DNA from: Rebecca billardiae RCC1528
Taxonomy: Eukaryota; Protista; Haptophyta
Assembly (NCBI GenBank): GCA_965240325.2
Contig: OZ251230.1
Location: 744,001-808,000 of the forward strand
Direction of reading: 5' to 3'
Length of the DNA: 64,000 nt
The first letter of the stretch is position 1, and every line of letters begins with the position of its first letter. Below the pieces are notes generated by a model. The model ran no database searches and was not told where the DNA came from. It worked only from the letters and a program-made list of their open reading frames with translations. This document shows positions 24,175-37,500 of the stretch, one piece after another. A program made the translations under genes and the position numbers.

Positions 24175-27100
24175 ATGGCTGATGGCGTGGACGCGTCCCC
24201 GCTCGCGGAGCTCGCCGAGCTGTGGGGGAAAGGCGACGTGGCGGCGCTGCTCGAGGCGAGCGAGTTTAGCCTTTATAACAACGCGGTCTCCCAGGGCGTG
24301 CCGTGGCAGGGCGTGCTCGAGCTGCTCCTCACGTCCACACGCCTTGAGAAACTCAGCCTTAGGTGTGCGCAGAGCGGTGGGGCGGGCAGGTGGCGGCGCC
24401 ACGTGGCGCGTGCAGACGGAGGCGCATGGGCGCACACTGCCCTGCATGTGGCTGGCCCATCGGCACGTGTCAGCGCCGCTCCGGGCGCCGCGCCGCCGCC
24501 GCCGCGTACGCCGCACGCGGTGCTCACAGCGGCTCGTGCGCGCGAGCACACAGGCGGTGCACGCGCGGAGATGCGTGCGTGCGTGACGGGGTCGCGGGCG
24601 CTCGAGGCGCGCTCATGCATGCTGCATCGCGTACGCCATCGCACATGCCGCTCAGTCGCGCCCCGCCCCGCGCCCTCCCCTGCGCGCAGTTCCACCGGCG
24701 TGGGTGACGAGGGTGCCACGCAGCTCGGCGCCGCCCTCGCGTCGGGCAAGACGCGCCTGCGGGAGCTGAACCTCTTGTGAGCGCTGGGGTGGGCACTCGG
24801 CACGGCGCGCGGCGCGTGGACGGTGGGCGGCGGGGAAGGGGGGGTGGGCGGCGCGCATCGTCACGGGCATCGATGCGCACGAGCCCGGGCTACCGCGCGT
24901 GTGCCGCGCCGAGCGCCGCGCCGCCGCCGCCACGCGCGCCGCACGCTGCGGCAGCGGCGGCGCGCACACGCGAGCGCGCGCGCATCGGCGCACGCGCGCC
25001 GATGCGTGCGCGCGTGACGGGGTCGCGGGCGCTCGAGGCGCGCTCATGCATGCTGCATCGCGTGCGCCATCGCACACGCCGCTCAGCCGCGCCCCGCCCC
25101 GCGCCCTCCCATGCGCGCAGTTGCACCCGCGTGGGTGACGAGGGTGCCACGCAGCTCGGCGCCGCCCTCGCGTCGGGCAAGACGCGCCTGCGGGTGCTGG
25201 ACCTCGGGTGAGCGCTGGGGTGGGCACTCGGCGCGGCGCGCGGTGCGTGGACGGTGGGCGGCGGGGGAGGAGGGTGGGTGGCGTGCGTTGTCACGGGCAT
25301 CGATGCGCACGAGCCCGGGCTACCACGCGCGCGCCACACCGAGCTCCGCGCCGCCGCCACCGCGCGCGCCGCACGCGGCAGCGGCGGCGGCGCGCACACG
25401 CGAGCGCGCGCGCATAGGCGCACGCGCGCCGATGCGTGCGCGCGTGACGGGGGCGCGGGAATTTGCGGCGCGCGCATGGAAGTTGCATCGCGTGCGCCAT
25501 CGCACACGCCGCTCTGTCGCGCCCCGCCCCGCGCCCTCCCCTGCGCGCAGTGGCACCGGCGTGGGTGACGAGGGTGCCACGCAGCTCGGCGCCGCCCTCG
25601 CGTCGGGCAAGACGCGCCTGCGGGTGCTGAACCTCTTGTGAGCGCTGGGGTGGGCACTCGGCGCGGCGCGCGGTGCGTGGACGGTGGGTGGCGGGGGAGG
25701 AGGCTGGGTGGCGTGCGTTGTCAAGGGCATCGATGCGCACGAGCCCGCCCCGCGCGCGCCGCGCCGAGCGCGGCGCCGCCACCACCGCGCGCGCCGCACG
25801 CTGCGGCAGCGGCGGCGCGCACACGCGAGCGCGCGCGCATCGGCGCACGCGCGCCGATGCGGGCGCGCGTGACGGGGTCGCGGGAGCTTGCGGCGCGCGC
25901 ATGCATGCTGCATCGCGTGCGCCATCTCACATGCCGCTCAGCCGCGCCCCGCCACGGCCCCTCCCCTGCGCGCAGTCAGACCGGCGTGGGTGACGAGGGT
26001 GCCACGCAGCTCGGCGCCGCCCTCGCGTCGGGCAAGACGCGCCTGCGGGTGCTGTACCTCCGGTGAGCGCTGGGGTGGGCACTCGGCGCGGCGCGCGGCG
26101 CGTGGACGGTGGGTGGCGGGGGAGGAGGCTGGGTGGCGCTTGTTGTCGCGGGCATCGATGCGCGCGAGCCCGGGCTGCCGCGCGCTTGCCGCGCCGAGCG
26201 CCGCGCCGCCGCCGCCGCGCGCGCCGCACGCTGTAGCAGCGGCGCGCACACGCGAGCGCGCGCGCATCGGCACACGCGCGCCGATGCGTGTGCGCGTGAC
26301 GGGCGGGCGTGAGCTTGCGGCGCGCGCATGAATGCTGCATCGCGTGCGCCATCGCACACGCCGCTCAGCCGCGCCCCGCCCCGTGCCCTTCCCTGCACGC
26401 AGTGAGACCGGCGTGGGTGACGAGGGTGCCACGCAGCTCGGCGCCGCCCTCGCGTCGGGCAAGACGCGCCTGCGGGAGCTGAACCTCTTGTGAGCGCTGG
26501 GGTGGGCACTCGGCGCGGTGGGCGGCGCGTGGACGGTGGGCGGCGGGGGAGGAGGGTGGGTGGCGTACATCGTCACGGGCATCGATGCGCTCGAGCCCGG
26601 GCTGCCGCGCGCGCCCCGCGCCGAGCGCCGTGCCCCTGCCGCCGCGTGCGCCGCACGCGGCGGCGGCGGCGGCGCGCACTCGCGAGCGCGCACGCATCGG
26701 CGCACGCGCGCCGATGCATGCGCGCGTGACGGGGGCGCTGGAATGTGCGTCGCGCGCATGCATGCTGCATCGCGTGCGCCATTGCACACGCCGCTCAGCC
26801 GCGCCCCGCCCCGCGCCCTCCCCTGCGCGCAGTTCCTGCGGCGGCGTGGGTGACGAGGGTGCCACGCAGCTCGGCGCCGCCCTCGCGTCGGGCAAGACGC
26901 GCCTGCGGGAGCTGGACCTCTTGTGAGCGCTGGGGTGGGCACTCGGCGCGGCGCGCGGCGCGTGGACGGTGGGTGGCGGGGGAGGAGGGTGGGTGGCGTG
27001 CATCGTCACGGGCATCGATGCGCTCGAGCCCGGGCCGCCGCCGGGCGCGCCGCGCCGAGCGCCGCGCCGCCGCCGCCGCCGCGTGCGCCGCACGCTGCGG

Positions 27101-30100
27101 CAGCGGCGCGCACACGCGAGCGCGCGCGCATCGGCGCACGCGCGCCGATGCGTGCGCGCGTGACGGGGGCGCGGAAGCTTGCGGCGCGCGCATGGATGCT
27201 GCATCGCGTGCGCCATCGCACACGCCGCTCAGCCGCGCCCCGCCCCGCGCCATCCTCTGCGTGCAGTAACACCGGCGTGGGTGACGAGGGTGCCACGCAG
27301 CTCGGCGCCGCCCTCGCGTCGGGCAAGACGCGCCTGCGGGAGCTGGTCCTCATGTGAGCGCTGGGGTGGGCACTCGGCGCGGCGCGCGGCGCGTGGACGG
27401 TGGGTGGCGGGGGAGGAGGGTGGGTGGCGTGCATCGTCACGGGCATCGATGCGCTCGAGCCCGGGCTGCCGCGCGCGCCCCGCGCCGAGCGCCGTGCCCC
27501 CGCCGCCGCGTGCGCCGCACGCGGCGGCGGCGGCGGCGCGCACTCGCGAGCGCGCACGCATCGGCGCACGCGCGCCGATGCATGCGCGCGTGACGGGGGC
27601 GCTGGAATGTGCGTCGCGCGCATGCATGCTGCATCGCGTGCGCCATTGCACACGCCGCTCAGCCGCGCCCCGCCCCGCGCCCTCCCCTGCGCGCAGTGCC
27701 ACCCGCGTGGGTGACGAGGGTGCCACGCAGCTCGGCGCCGCCCTCGCGGCGGGCAAGACGCGCCTGCGGGTGCTGCACCTCGGGTGAGCGCTGGGGTGGG
27801 CACTCGGCGCGGCGCGCGGTGCGTGGGTGGCGGGTCGCGGGGGAGGAGGGTGGGTGGCGCGCGTTGTCGCGGGCATCGATGCGCGCGAGCCCGGGCTACC
27901 ACGCGCGCGCCGCGCCGAGCGCCGCGCCGCCGCCGCCGCGCGCGCCGCACGCTGCGGCAGCGGCGCGCACACGCAAGCGCACACATCGGCGCACGCGCGC
28001 CGATGCGTGCGCGCGTGACGGGGTCGCGGGAGCTTGCGGCGCGCGCATGGATGCTGCATCGCGTGCGCCATCGCACACGCCGCTCAGCCGCGCCCCGCCC
28101 CGCGCCCTCCCCTGCGCGCAGTGCCACCCGCGTGGGTGACGAGGGTGCCACGCAGCTCGGCGCCGCCCTCGCGTCGGGCAAGACGCGCCTGTGGGAGCTG
28201 AGCCTCGGGTGAGCGCTGGGGTGTGCACTCGGCGCGGCGCGCGGCGCGTGGACGGTGGGTGGCGGGGGAGGAGGCTGGGTGGCGCGCGTTGTCGCGGGCA
28301 TCGATGCGCGCGAGCCCGGGCTGCCGCGCGCGCGCTGCGCCGAGCGCCGCGCCGCAGCCGCCGTGCGCGCCGCCGCTGCTGCAGCGGCGGCGCGCACACG
28401 CGAGCGCGCGCGCATCGGCACACGCGCGCCGATGCGTGCGCGTGTGACGGGGTCGCGGGAGCTTGCGGCGCGCCCATGCATGCTGCATCACGTGCGCCAC
28501 CGCACACGCCGCTCAGCCGCGCCCCGCGCCGCGCCCTCCCCTGCGCGCAGGTCCACCGGCGTGGGTGACGAGGGTGCCACGCAGCTCGGCGCCGCCCTCG
28601 CGTCGGGCAAGACGCGCCTGCGGAAGCTGGACCTCCAGTGAGCGCTGGGGTGGGCACTCGGCGCGGCGCGCGGCGCGTGAACGGTGGGCGGCGGGGGAGG
28701 AGGGTGGGTGGCGCGCATCGTCACGGGCATCGATGCGCACGAGCCCGGGCTACCACGCGCGCGCCGCGCCGAGCGCCGCGCCGCCGCCGCCGCACGCGCC
28801 GCACGCTGCGGCAGCGGCGCGCACACGCAAGCGCACACATCGGCGCACGCGCGCCGATGCGTGCGCGCGTGACGGGGGCGCGGGAGCTTGTGTTTCGCGC
28901 GTGCATGCTGCATCACGTGCGCCATTGCACACGCCGCTCAGTCGCGCCCCGTCCCGCGCCCTCCCCTGCGCGCAGTGACACCGGCGTGGGTGACGAGGGT
29001 GCCACGCAGCTCGGCGCCGCCCTCGCGTCGGGCAAGACGCGCCTGCGGGAGCTGAACCTCAGGTGAGCGCTGGGGTGGGCACTCGGCGCGGCGCGCGGCG
29101 CGTGGACGATGGGCGGCGGGGGAGGGGGGTGGGCGGCGCGCATCGTCACGGGCATCGATGCGCACGAGCCCGGGCCACCACGCGCGCGCCGCGCCGAGCG
29201 CCGCGCCGCCACCGCCGCGCGCGCCGCGCGCTGCGGCAGCGGCGGCGCGCACACGCGAGCGCGCGCGCATAGGCGCACGCGCGCCGATGCGTGCGCGCGT
29301 GACGGGGGCGCGGGAGCTTGCGTTTCGCGCGTGCATGCTGCATCGCGTGCGCCATTGCACACGCCGCTCAGCCGCGCCCCGCCCCTCGCCCTCCCCTGCG
29401 CGCAGTACCATGCACACGTCTAACAAGGTCTGGGAACGCGTCCGTGAGGCCGTGAAGGCGAACAGTGCGCGGCTGCAGCAGGAGCCACCCAGGTGAAAGG
29501 GGGGGGGGGGGGCACAACGCGCCGCGCCCGTGCATGCGCGGGGCGGGCGGGAAAGGGGGCAGCGGTCGGCGGTGATTGCCCGCCCGACGCGCGGCGCACC
29601 CCGGCTCTGCCACCGCACGCCCCTGGCACGCACTTCGCCACCGCTCACGTGCGCACCTCGCCCACCGCCTGCCTGCGCCCGCAGTGATGACTCTGCTGAT
29701 GACTCTGCTGACGACTCTGCTGATGACTCTGCTGACGACTCTGCCTCTGGCGACGAGGCGGAGGCAGCGGAGGAGGCGGAGGCCGCGCTCGACGCGCTCA
29801 CGGAGCGGCGGCGCGCGGCGGACGCCGCGCGCGCCGCGCTCGGCGCCGAGCAGGCGGCCATCCGCGCCGCCCTCGGCCGCGGCGGCGTGGACGAGGCGCG
29901 GCTGGCGCGGCGCGACGCGCGCCGTGCCGAGCTGGGCGCCGCGCTCGACGCGCTCGGCGCGTGCGCGCTCGACGCGCACGCGGACTCGCAGCAGCGCGCG
30001 GCGGCGCTGCGTCGCGAGGCGCGCGCGTTGCGCGCGGCGCTCGAGCGCGCGGGCACGCCAGAGCAGCCGCGCGCGCCAGCCGGCGACGGGTCCGCTCCGG

Positions 30101-32550
30101 CGCCCCTGCCGCCGTCTCGCGCGCTCGAGCGCGCGGTGGGCGCGGCGGTGCGCGCGCACGACGCCGCAGCGCCGCCCTCCGGCGCGGGCGGTGGCGGCGC
30201 GGCGCTCGCTGCCGCGTGGGCGGAGGTCGCGCGTCAGGCCATCGCCCTCGCGGCGCGCGGCGCGTACGCCGACGCGGACGACGGCGCGTGCGCCTCGGCG
30301 TGGGCGCTCGCCATGCCCGGCCTGTGCGACGCGGCGCGCGCTGCCGCCACAAGCGGCGGCGGCCTGACCGACGCGGCGCGTGCGCGCGCGGCCGCGTGCG
30401 ACGAGCTCGCCGCAGTGGCCGAGCGCGCGCGCACGATCGCGCGCGAGGCGGAGGCGGAGGCGCGCGAGCTCCGCGCGCTGCCGTCCGCCGAGCGCGCGCA
30501 CGGCGCGCACGAGCTGCGCGAGCGCGAGGAGGCGTGCAGGGCGGCGGCGCGCGCACTGCGCTACGCCCGCCTCGCTCTTGAAGATGCGCAGGACGACGGC
30601 GGCGACGTGGACGGCGCACAGCGCGCGCTCGTCGACGCGCAGCGGCGCGCGCAGCGCACGCAGCGCGCGCGCGAGCGCTCGCTCGGCCGCCTGTACGAGC
30701 TGGCGGGCGGGCCGTTCCCCGAGCTGCCCGCCATGCTGCCCGAGGCGTTCGACGGCGCGGGCGCGCTGCCCGCGGGCGCGCGGCCCGCGTGGCTGCACGG
30801 CCGCACGCTCGCGCAGTACGAGCCGTGCGAGTGGCCCGACGGCGCGGCGCCCGGCCGCGCGCGGCACGAGGTGCTGCTGCGCGCGTTCGCGGGCGAGCGC
30901 GTCGTGCTCAAGGTGTACCCGCTGGCGAGCGACACGGAGCGCCGGCGGCTCGGGCGCGAGGTGGAGTTTGCGCGGGCGCACGCGCACCCACACCTCGCGC
31001 GCGTGGCGGGCGTCTTTGTCGACGAGCCGCGCGGCGCGCGCTGCGCGCTCGTGCAGACGCCGCTCTACTCGGGCGGCACGCTGCGCGGCTGGCTCGAGCG
31101 CGACGAGGCGGTGATGGCCTTGCCGCCCGAGGCGGTGCGCGGCGGCGCGGCGGGCGCGCGAATGCTCGAGCCGGCGCACGCGCGCGTCGCGCCCGTGCGC
31201 GTGCGCGCGCTGCGGCAGCTGCTGGGCGCGCTCGCGCACCTGCACGCGCGCGGCGCGGTGCACGGCGACGTGAAGCTCGAGAACGCGTTCGTGCAGCTGC
31301 CGGGCGACGACGCGGCCGAGCGGCCGCTCGGCGCGGCCGAGCCGTTCCGCGTGCTGCTCGGCGACTTTGACCTGGCGCGCGTGGAGGAGGCGCTGCAGCA
31401 CGCGGCTGGCGGCGGCGTGCCGAGCGCGACGACGCGCGCGGGCGCGGGCACCGAGGGCCACATGGCGCCCGAGCTGCTCGTGCCCGGCGCGCGCGCGAGC
31501 GCGGCGTCGGACGTGTTCGCGTTCGGCGTGTGCGTGCTGCGCGCGCTCGCGGCCGACGAGCCGACCCGCGCCGCGCTCGTGGGCTCGCTCGAGGGCGCGC
31601 GCGCCGCGGCGGCTGCGCTGGGCGAGCCGCTCGTCGTGGCCGCGCTGGCGGACGCGCCGGGCGCGCGGCCGAGCGCGGCGCAGCTCGAGGGCGCGGCGCT
31701 GTGGGCGGCGAGCGACGAGGCGCTGCGCGCGGCCGAGGCCGAGCGCGAGGCGGCGGCCGCGAGCGCGCGCGCCGCGCTGCGCACGTGCGCGGTGTGCTTG
31801 GACGAGGAGGTGCCGCCGGACGAGTGCGCCGAGTGCGCGGGCGGCGGGCACGCGGTGTGCTCGCTCTGCCTCTCCATGCACGTGCAGGTGTGCGCGCAGC
31901 CCGACGGCGGCGGCGGCGCGGCGCTCGACGCGGACGGGCGCGTGCCGTGCGTCGAGGCGGGCAGCGGCTGCGCGCACGCGTACCTGGACGGCGAGCTCGC
32001 GCGCCGCACGACCGCTGCGGCGTTCGGCGCGTACTGGCGCGCGCGCGAGCAGCACGCCGAGGCGCGCGGCGAGGAGCGCGCGGCAGAGCGCGCGCGCGCC
32101 GAGGCCTTGCGCCTCGCGGCGCTCAGCGCGGCCGAGCGCGTGCGCGAGCAGCGGCGCGCGCACATCATCGATCATATCCTCACGCTCAAGTGCCCGCGCT
32201 GCGGCATGGCGTTCGCCGAGTGGCTCGACGGCGCGCGCGGCTTCGACGGCTGCTGCGCGCTGCAGTGCGCGCGCGATCGGTGCGGCTGCCACTTCTGCGC
32301 CTACTGCCTCGCCGACTGCGGCGCCGACGCGCACCCGCACGTGCTCGGCTGCGAGCACGGCAACGGCACGCACTTTGCGCAGCGCGGCGAGTTTGAGGCG
32401 GCGCAGCGCGCGCGGCGCGAGCGCGCGCTGCGCAGCTACCTCGCTGCCGAGGCGGGCGCGGACGACGCGGCGCGCCGAGCGATCGTCGCGTCCGTCGAGC
32501 GCGAGCTGCGCGACCTCCGCATCGACCCAGACGCACTCGCGCGCGAGTGA
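24175..32550 (+). CDS. LRR - kinase - RING/RBR-like protein, copy 3 (11 LRR exons)
   Basis: Exons 24175-24362; LRR exons start at 24690, 25121, 25551, 25976, 26403, 26833 (90 nt), 27267, 27697, 28122, 28551, 28976; cap 29406-29492; terminal 29685-32550. Confidence 0.85.
24363..29405 (+). repeat. Intron + LRR-exon cassettes, array 3
   Basis: Same ~430-bp unit, 11 exons. Confidence 0.95.
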
Positions 32551-32823
32551 CCGGTGGGCCCCGGGGGCGTCGGCTGCGCGCAGCCAGGCGCGGGCGGGCA
32601 CGTGGGCACGAGCTGAGCGCGATGATGCTCTGCGGGGGCCACGTGCGCGGATGCACCGCCACGCTGAACACGCTGGTGCCGAATCGCACGTGGCGGCTGG
32701 GGGCGCTCACCCAGTTCAGCGCCGTCGAGATCTCCGAGCCGGAGCTACGCCGGCCGCTGAGGGGCGTCGGGGAGAGGGATGAGACGGAGGCGCGCGCAGC
32801 GACGATGCGCGGCTCGGTGGCTA

Positions 32824-34366
32824 CGCGCTCCAGTGAACGGCGCACGGTGAACGAGTTGGCGACCTTCTCCTTCGTGATGACGATTAAATCGCTCAGCTTG
32901 CCGAGGAGGATCCCCGCCCACTTGTGCGCGTACCCGCTCGACGCGCCCACGGCGACCGCAGCGTCGGCGAGCTCGATCCCCGATCGGATCAGCTCCTCGC
33001 GCCGCGCCGCGTCCTCGGCCGCCTGCTTGGACAGCTCGTAGCGCGCGCGCGCACGCCGCCAGAGGAGCTCGACGTCGTCAGCCGCGGGTGCAGCGGAGGC
33101 CTCCTGCTCGAGCAGTGCGTACAGCGCTTCGTATTCGCCCGCGGCGTGCATCTCGTCCGCGCGCGAGAAGCGCGCTGGGCTCTCTTCGAGGGGCGGTGCC
33201 ATCTGCCCACTCGGCCTCTCGAGGCTGGTCGCACTCCCGGCGTCAGGTGAGGCCGAGCCGTCCAGTGCAGCCCGCGCTGCAGCCTCGCCCGGGGCGGTAG
33301 CATCGGGTTTGCGGCGGCGATAGAGCCGCAGCGGGGAAAGGCGCGAGAGAACCCGACGTACGCGGCCAGGCGGCGCTGAAGCTCCCTCCTCACGTTCCTC
33401 CTCGCAGGACGAATCCGCCGCATCATGGCAACACACGTGCGTGCAGGCGAAGGCGGCAGGAGCTTGCATCCGGGCGCGAGGGTCGGAGATGAGCCTGGCC
33501 AGTGCGTGCGAGGAATGTGGGCACCACCAAAGGGCACGGCGGCGATTATAGTGACCCACAAATTTAGTTGCCGGCTGCAGCAGGCACGACTTTGTCTCAG
33601 CCCGCACGCCCGCTACGCGCCGACCCGGGCAGAGCCCATCCGCCCGCGCATGCACCAGGCCCAGCCGCGTCAGTACATACCCACCCGGCCGCGGCACCCG
33701 CGCTCTGTGCGCCACGGTGTCGATGCGCCCGGCAGTCGGTGCGCATGCACGAGCCAGCCGGCGGGCAGCTACGGGCTGGTTTTCGGCGTGGAGCGCGGTC
33801 GTGTGAGCTGCATTAATTCAGCTGACCCCCGGCTTTTGTGCATTCGGGAGTCGTGCTGCTACGGTGGGCGTGCCACGCGCCAACTCGACGCTGGCAAAAT
33901 TAGGCGACGAAAGTGCACGCGCAGCCACACGCAGCCCATATTGATGCTCTCGGAGCAGGCTCGGGCATGCACTCGATCGGCTCTGGCTGACGGCAGCGCC
34001 AAGCTGGCGGCGCGGCGCGAGGGTGCATGCGTGGCGTGGGCGGAGCTACGTCGCACACGCACCGCGCGGCGCGCGGCTCAGCGCACGGAGGCTGCCGACA
34101 GCCGGCGGCACGCAGGCAGGTCTGCTCGCCGCCAGTCGAGCTCGCCGGCCGCCGGGTACCAAACGTCAACCCAGGATGCACAGCCACGCCTATTTGCGAG
34201 GACTCGAGCAATCGGGTCCGGGCGCACCTCATGTGCACGGCAGTGGAGTGGGCCAAGTACGCCCCTGGTATGGTGGCGCGCCGCTGCTTTGCTGCGCTGA
34301 TATGGCGAACAATGTCGGGAGGCTTAAACTTGTGAGGGACTATACTAGCACGACGGCCAACCGCAT
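32824..34366 (-). pseudogene. RMD1-like copy 4, truncated, frameshifted and interrupted by a MITE
   Basis: Homologous to 1559-2310, frameshift near 33415, insertion at 33549-34342. Confidence 0.8.
33549..34342. mobile_element. MITE, 794 bp, TA target duplication
   Basis: TA|TAGTGACCCACAAATTTA ... TAAACTTGTGAGGGACTA|TA (imperfect 18-bp TIR). Empty site GGCGATTACTAGC at ~45658. Confidence 0.75.
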
Positions 34367-34542
34367 TACCGGCCGTCCACCGCCGCGGGAGATTGGGCAG
34401 CCATCAAGACGACTCGCCCTCGTCACGAAAAGGCAAAAGCTGAGACGAAATGAAAGGCTCGCATCCGGACCAGCAACCACCGGAACTCCGGAAGGCATCG
34501 GCCACCAGCCTCGCCACTCTCGGAGGCGCCCAGTGCGACAGC

Positions 34543-37500
34543 ATGGCTGATGGCGTGGACGCGTCCCCGCTCGCGGAGCTCGCCAAGCTGTGGGGGAAAG
34601 GCGACGTGGCGGCGCTGCTCGAGGCGAGCGAGGTCAGCCTTGATGGCAACGCGGCTGTCTCTCAGGGCGTGCCGTGGCAGGGCGTGCTCCAGCTGCTCCT
34701 CACGTCCACACGCCTTGAGACACTCAACCTCTGGTGTGCGCAGAGCGGTGGGGCGGGCAGGTGGCGGCGCCACGTGGCGCGTGCAGACGGAGGCGTATGG
34801 GCACACACTGCCCTGCATGTGGCTGGCCCATCGGCACGTGTCAGCGCCGCTCCGGGTGCCGCGCCGCCGCCGCCGTGTACGCCGCACGCGCTGCTCACAG
34901 CGGCACGTGCGCGCGAGCACACAGGCGGCACACGCGCGCCGATGCGTGCGTGCGTGACGGGCGGGCGGGAGCTTGAGGCGCGCGCATGCATGCTGCATCG
35001 CGTGCGCCATCGCACACGCCGCTCAGCCGCGCCCCGCCCCGCGCCCTCCCCTGCGCGCAGTGAGACCGGCGTGGGTGACGAGGGTGCCACGCAGCTCGGC
35101 GCCGCCCTCGCGTCGGGCAAGACGCGCCTGCGGGAGCTGGACCTCAGGTGAGCGCTGGGGTGGGCACTCCGCGCGGCGCGCGGCGCGTGGACGTTGGGTG
35201 GCGGGGGGGGAGGCTGGGTGGTGCGCATCGTCACGGGCATCGATGCGCACGAGCCCGGGCCGCCGCGCGCGCGCCGCGCCGAGCGCCGCGCCGCCGCCGC
35301 CGCGCGCGCCCGCGCGGCGGCGGCGGCGGCGCGCACACGCAAGCGCGCGCGCATCGGCGCACGCGCGCCGATGCGTGCGCGCGTGACGGGGGCGCGGGAG
35401 CTTGCGGCGCGCGCATGCATGCTGCCTCACGTGTACCATCGCACACGCCGCTCAGCCGCGCCCCGCCCCGCGCCCTCCCCTGCGCGCAGTGAGACCGGCG
35501 TGGGTGACGAGGGTGCCACGCAGCTCGGCGCCGCCCTCGCGTCGGGCAAGACGCGCCTGCGGGTGCTGGACCTCTGGTGAGCGCTGGGGTGGGCACTCGG
35601 CGCGGCGCGCGGCGCGTGGACGTTGGGTGTCGGGGGGGGAGGCTGGGTGGCGCGCGTTGTCGCGGGCATCGATGCGCACGAGCCCGGGCTGCCGCGCGCG
35701 CGCCGCGCCGAGCGCCGTGCCCCCGCGGCCGCGCGCGCCGCCTTCGGCGGCGGCGGCGGCGCGCACACGCGAGCGCGCGCACATCGGCGCACGCGCGCCG
35801 ATGCGTGTGCGCGTGACGGGGGCGCGGGCGCTTGCGGCGCGCGCATGGATGCTGCATCGCGTGTGCCATCGCACACGCCGCTCAGCCGCGCCCCGCCCCG
35901 CGCCCTCCCCTGCGCACAGTTGGACCGGCGTGGGTGACGAGGGTGCCACGCAGCTCGGCGCCGCCCTCGCGTCGGGCAAGACGCGCCTGCGGGAGCTGAA
36001 CCTCTGGTGAGCGCTGGGGTGGGCACTCGGCGCGGCGCGCGGCGCGTGGACGGTGGGTGGCGGGGGAGGAGGCTGGGTGGCGCGCGTTGTCGCGGGCATC
36101 GATGCGCGCGAGCCCGGGCTGCCGCGCGCTTGCCGCGCCGAGCGCCGCGCCGCCGCCGCCGCGCGCGCCGCACGCTGTGGCGGCGGCGCGCACACGCGAG
36201 CGCGCGCGCATCGGCGCACGCGCGCCGATGCGTGCGCGCGTGACGGGGGCGCGGGCGCTTGCGGCGCGCGCATGGATGCTGCATCGCGTGTGCCATCGCA
36301 CACGCCGCTCAGCCGCGCCCCGCCCACCGCCCTCCCCTGCGCACAGTTGGACCGGCGTGGGTGACGAGGGTGCCACGCAGCTCGGCGCCGCCCTCGCGTC
36401 GGGCAAGACGCGCCTGCGGAAGCTGAACCTCGGGTGAGCGCTGGGGTGGGCACTCGGCGCGGCGCGCGGCGCGTGGACGGTGGGTGGCGGGGGGGGGGGC
36501 TGGGTGGCGCGCGTTGCCGCGGGCATCGATGCGCACGAGCCCGGGCTGCCGCGCGCGCGCCGCGCCGAGCGCCGTGCCGCCGCGGCCGCGCGCGCCGCCT
36601 TCGGCGGCGGCGGCGGCGCGCACACGCGAGCGCGCGCGCATCGGCGCACGCGCGCCGATGCGTGCGCGCGTGACGGGGGCGCGGGAGCGTGCGGCGCGCG
36701 TATGCATGCTGCATCGCGTGCGCCATCGCACACGCCGCTCAGCCGCGCCCCGCCCCGCGCCCTCCCCTGCGCGCAGTTACACCGGCGTGGGTGACGAGGG
36801 TGCCACGCAGCTCGGCGCCGCCCTCGCGTCGGGCAAGACGCGCCTGCGGGAGCTGCACCTCTTGTGAGCGCTGGGGTGGGCACTCGGCGCGGCGCGCGGT
36901 GCGTGGACGGTGGGCGGCGGGGGAGGAGGGTGGTTGGCGTGCATCGTCACGGGCATCGATGCGCTCGAGCCCGGGCCGCCGCCGCGCGCGCCGCGCCGAG
37001 CGCCGCGCCGCCGCCGCCGCGCACGCCGCACGCTGCGGCGGCGGCACGCACACGCGAGCGCGCGCGCATCGGCACACGCGCGCCGATGCGTGCGCGCGTG
37101 ACGGGCGGGCGGGAGCTTGCGGCGCGCGCATGCATGCTGCATGGCGCGCGCCATCGCACACGCCGCTCAGCCGCGCCCCGCCCCGCGCCCTCCCCTGCGC
37201 GCAGTGACGACACCCACGTGGGTGACGAGGGTGCCACGCAGCTCGGCGCCGCCCTCGCGTCGGGCAAGACGCGCCTGCGGGTGCTGGGCCTCAGGTGAGC
37301 GCTGGGGTGGGCACTCGGCGCGGCGCGTGGTGCGTGGATGTTGGACGGCGGGGGAGGAGGGTGGGTGACGCGCATCGTCACGGGCATCGATGCGCGCGAG
37401 CCCGGGCTGCCGCGCGCGCCCCGCGCCGAGCGCCGCGCCGCCGCCGCCGAGCGGGCCGCACGCTGCGGCAGCGGCGGCGCGCACACGCGAGCGCGCGCGC

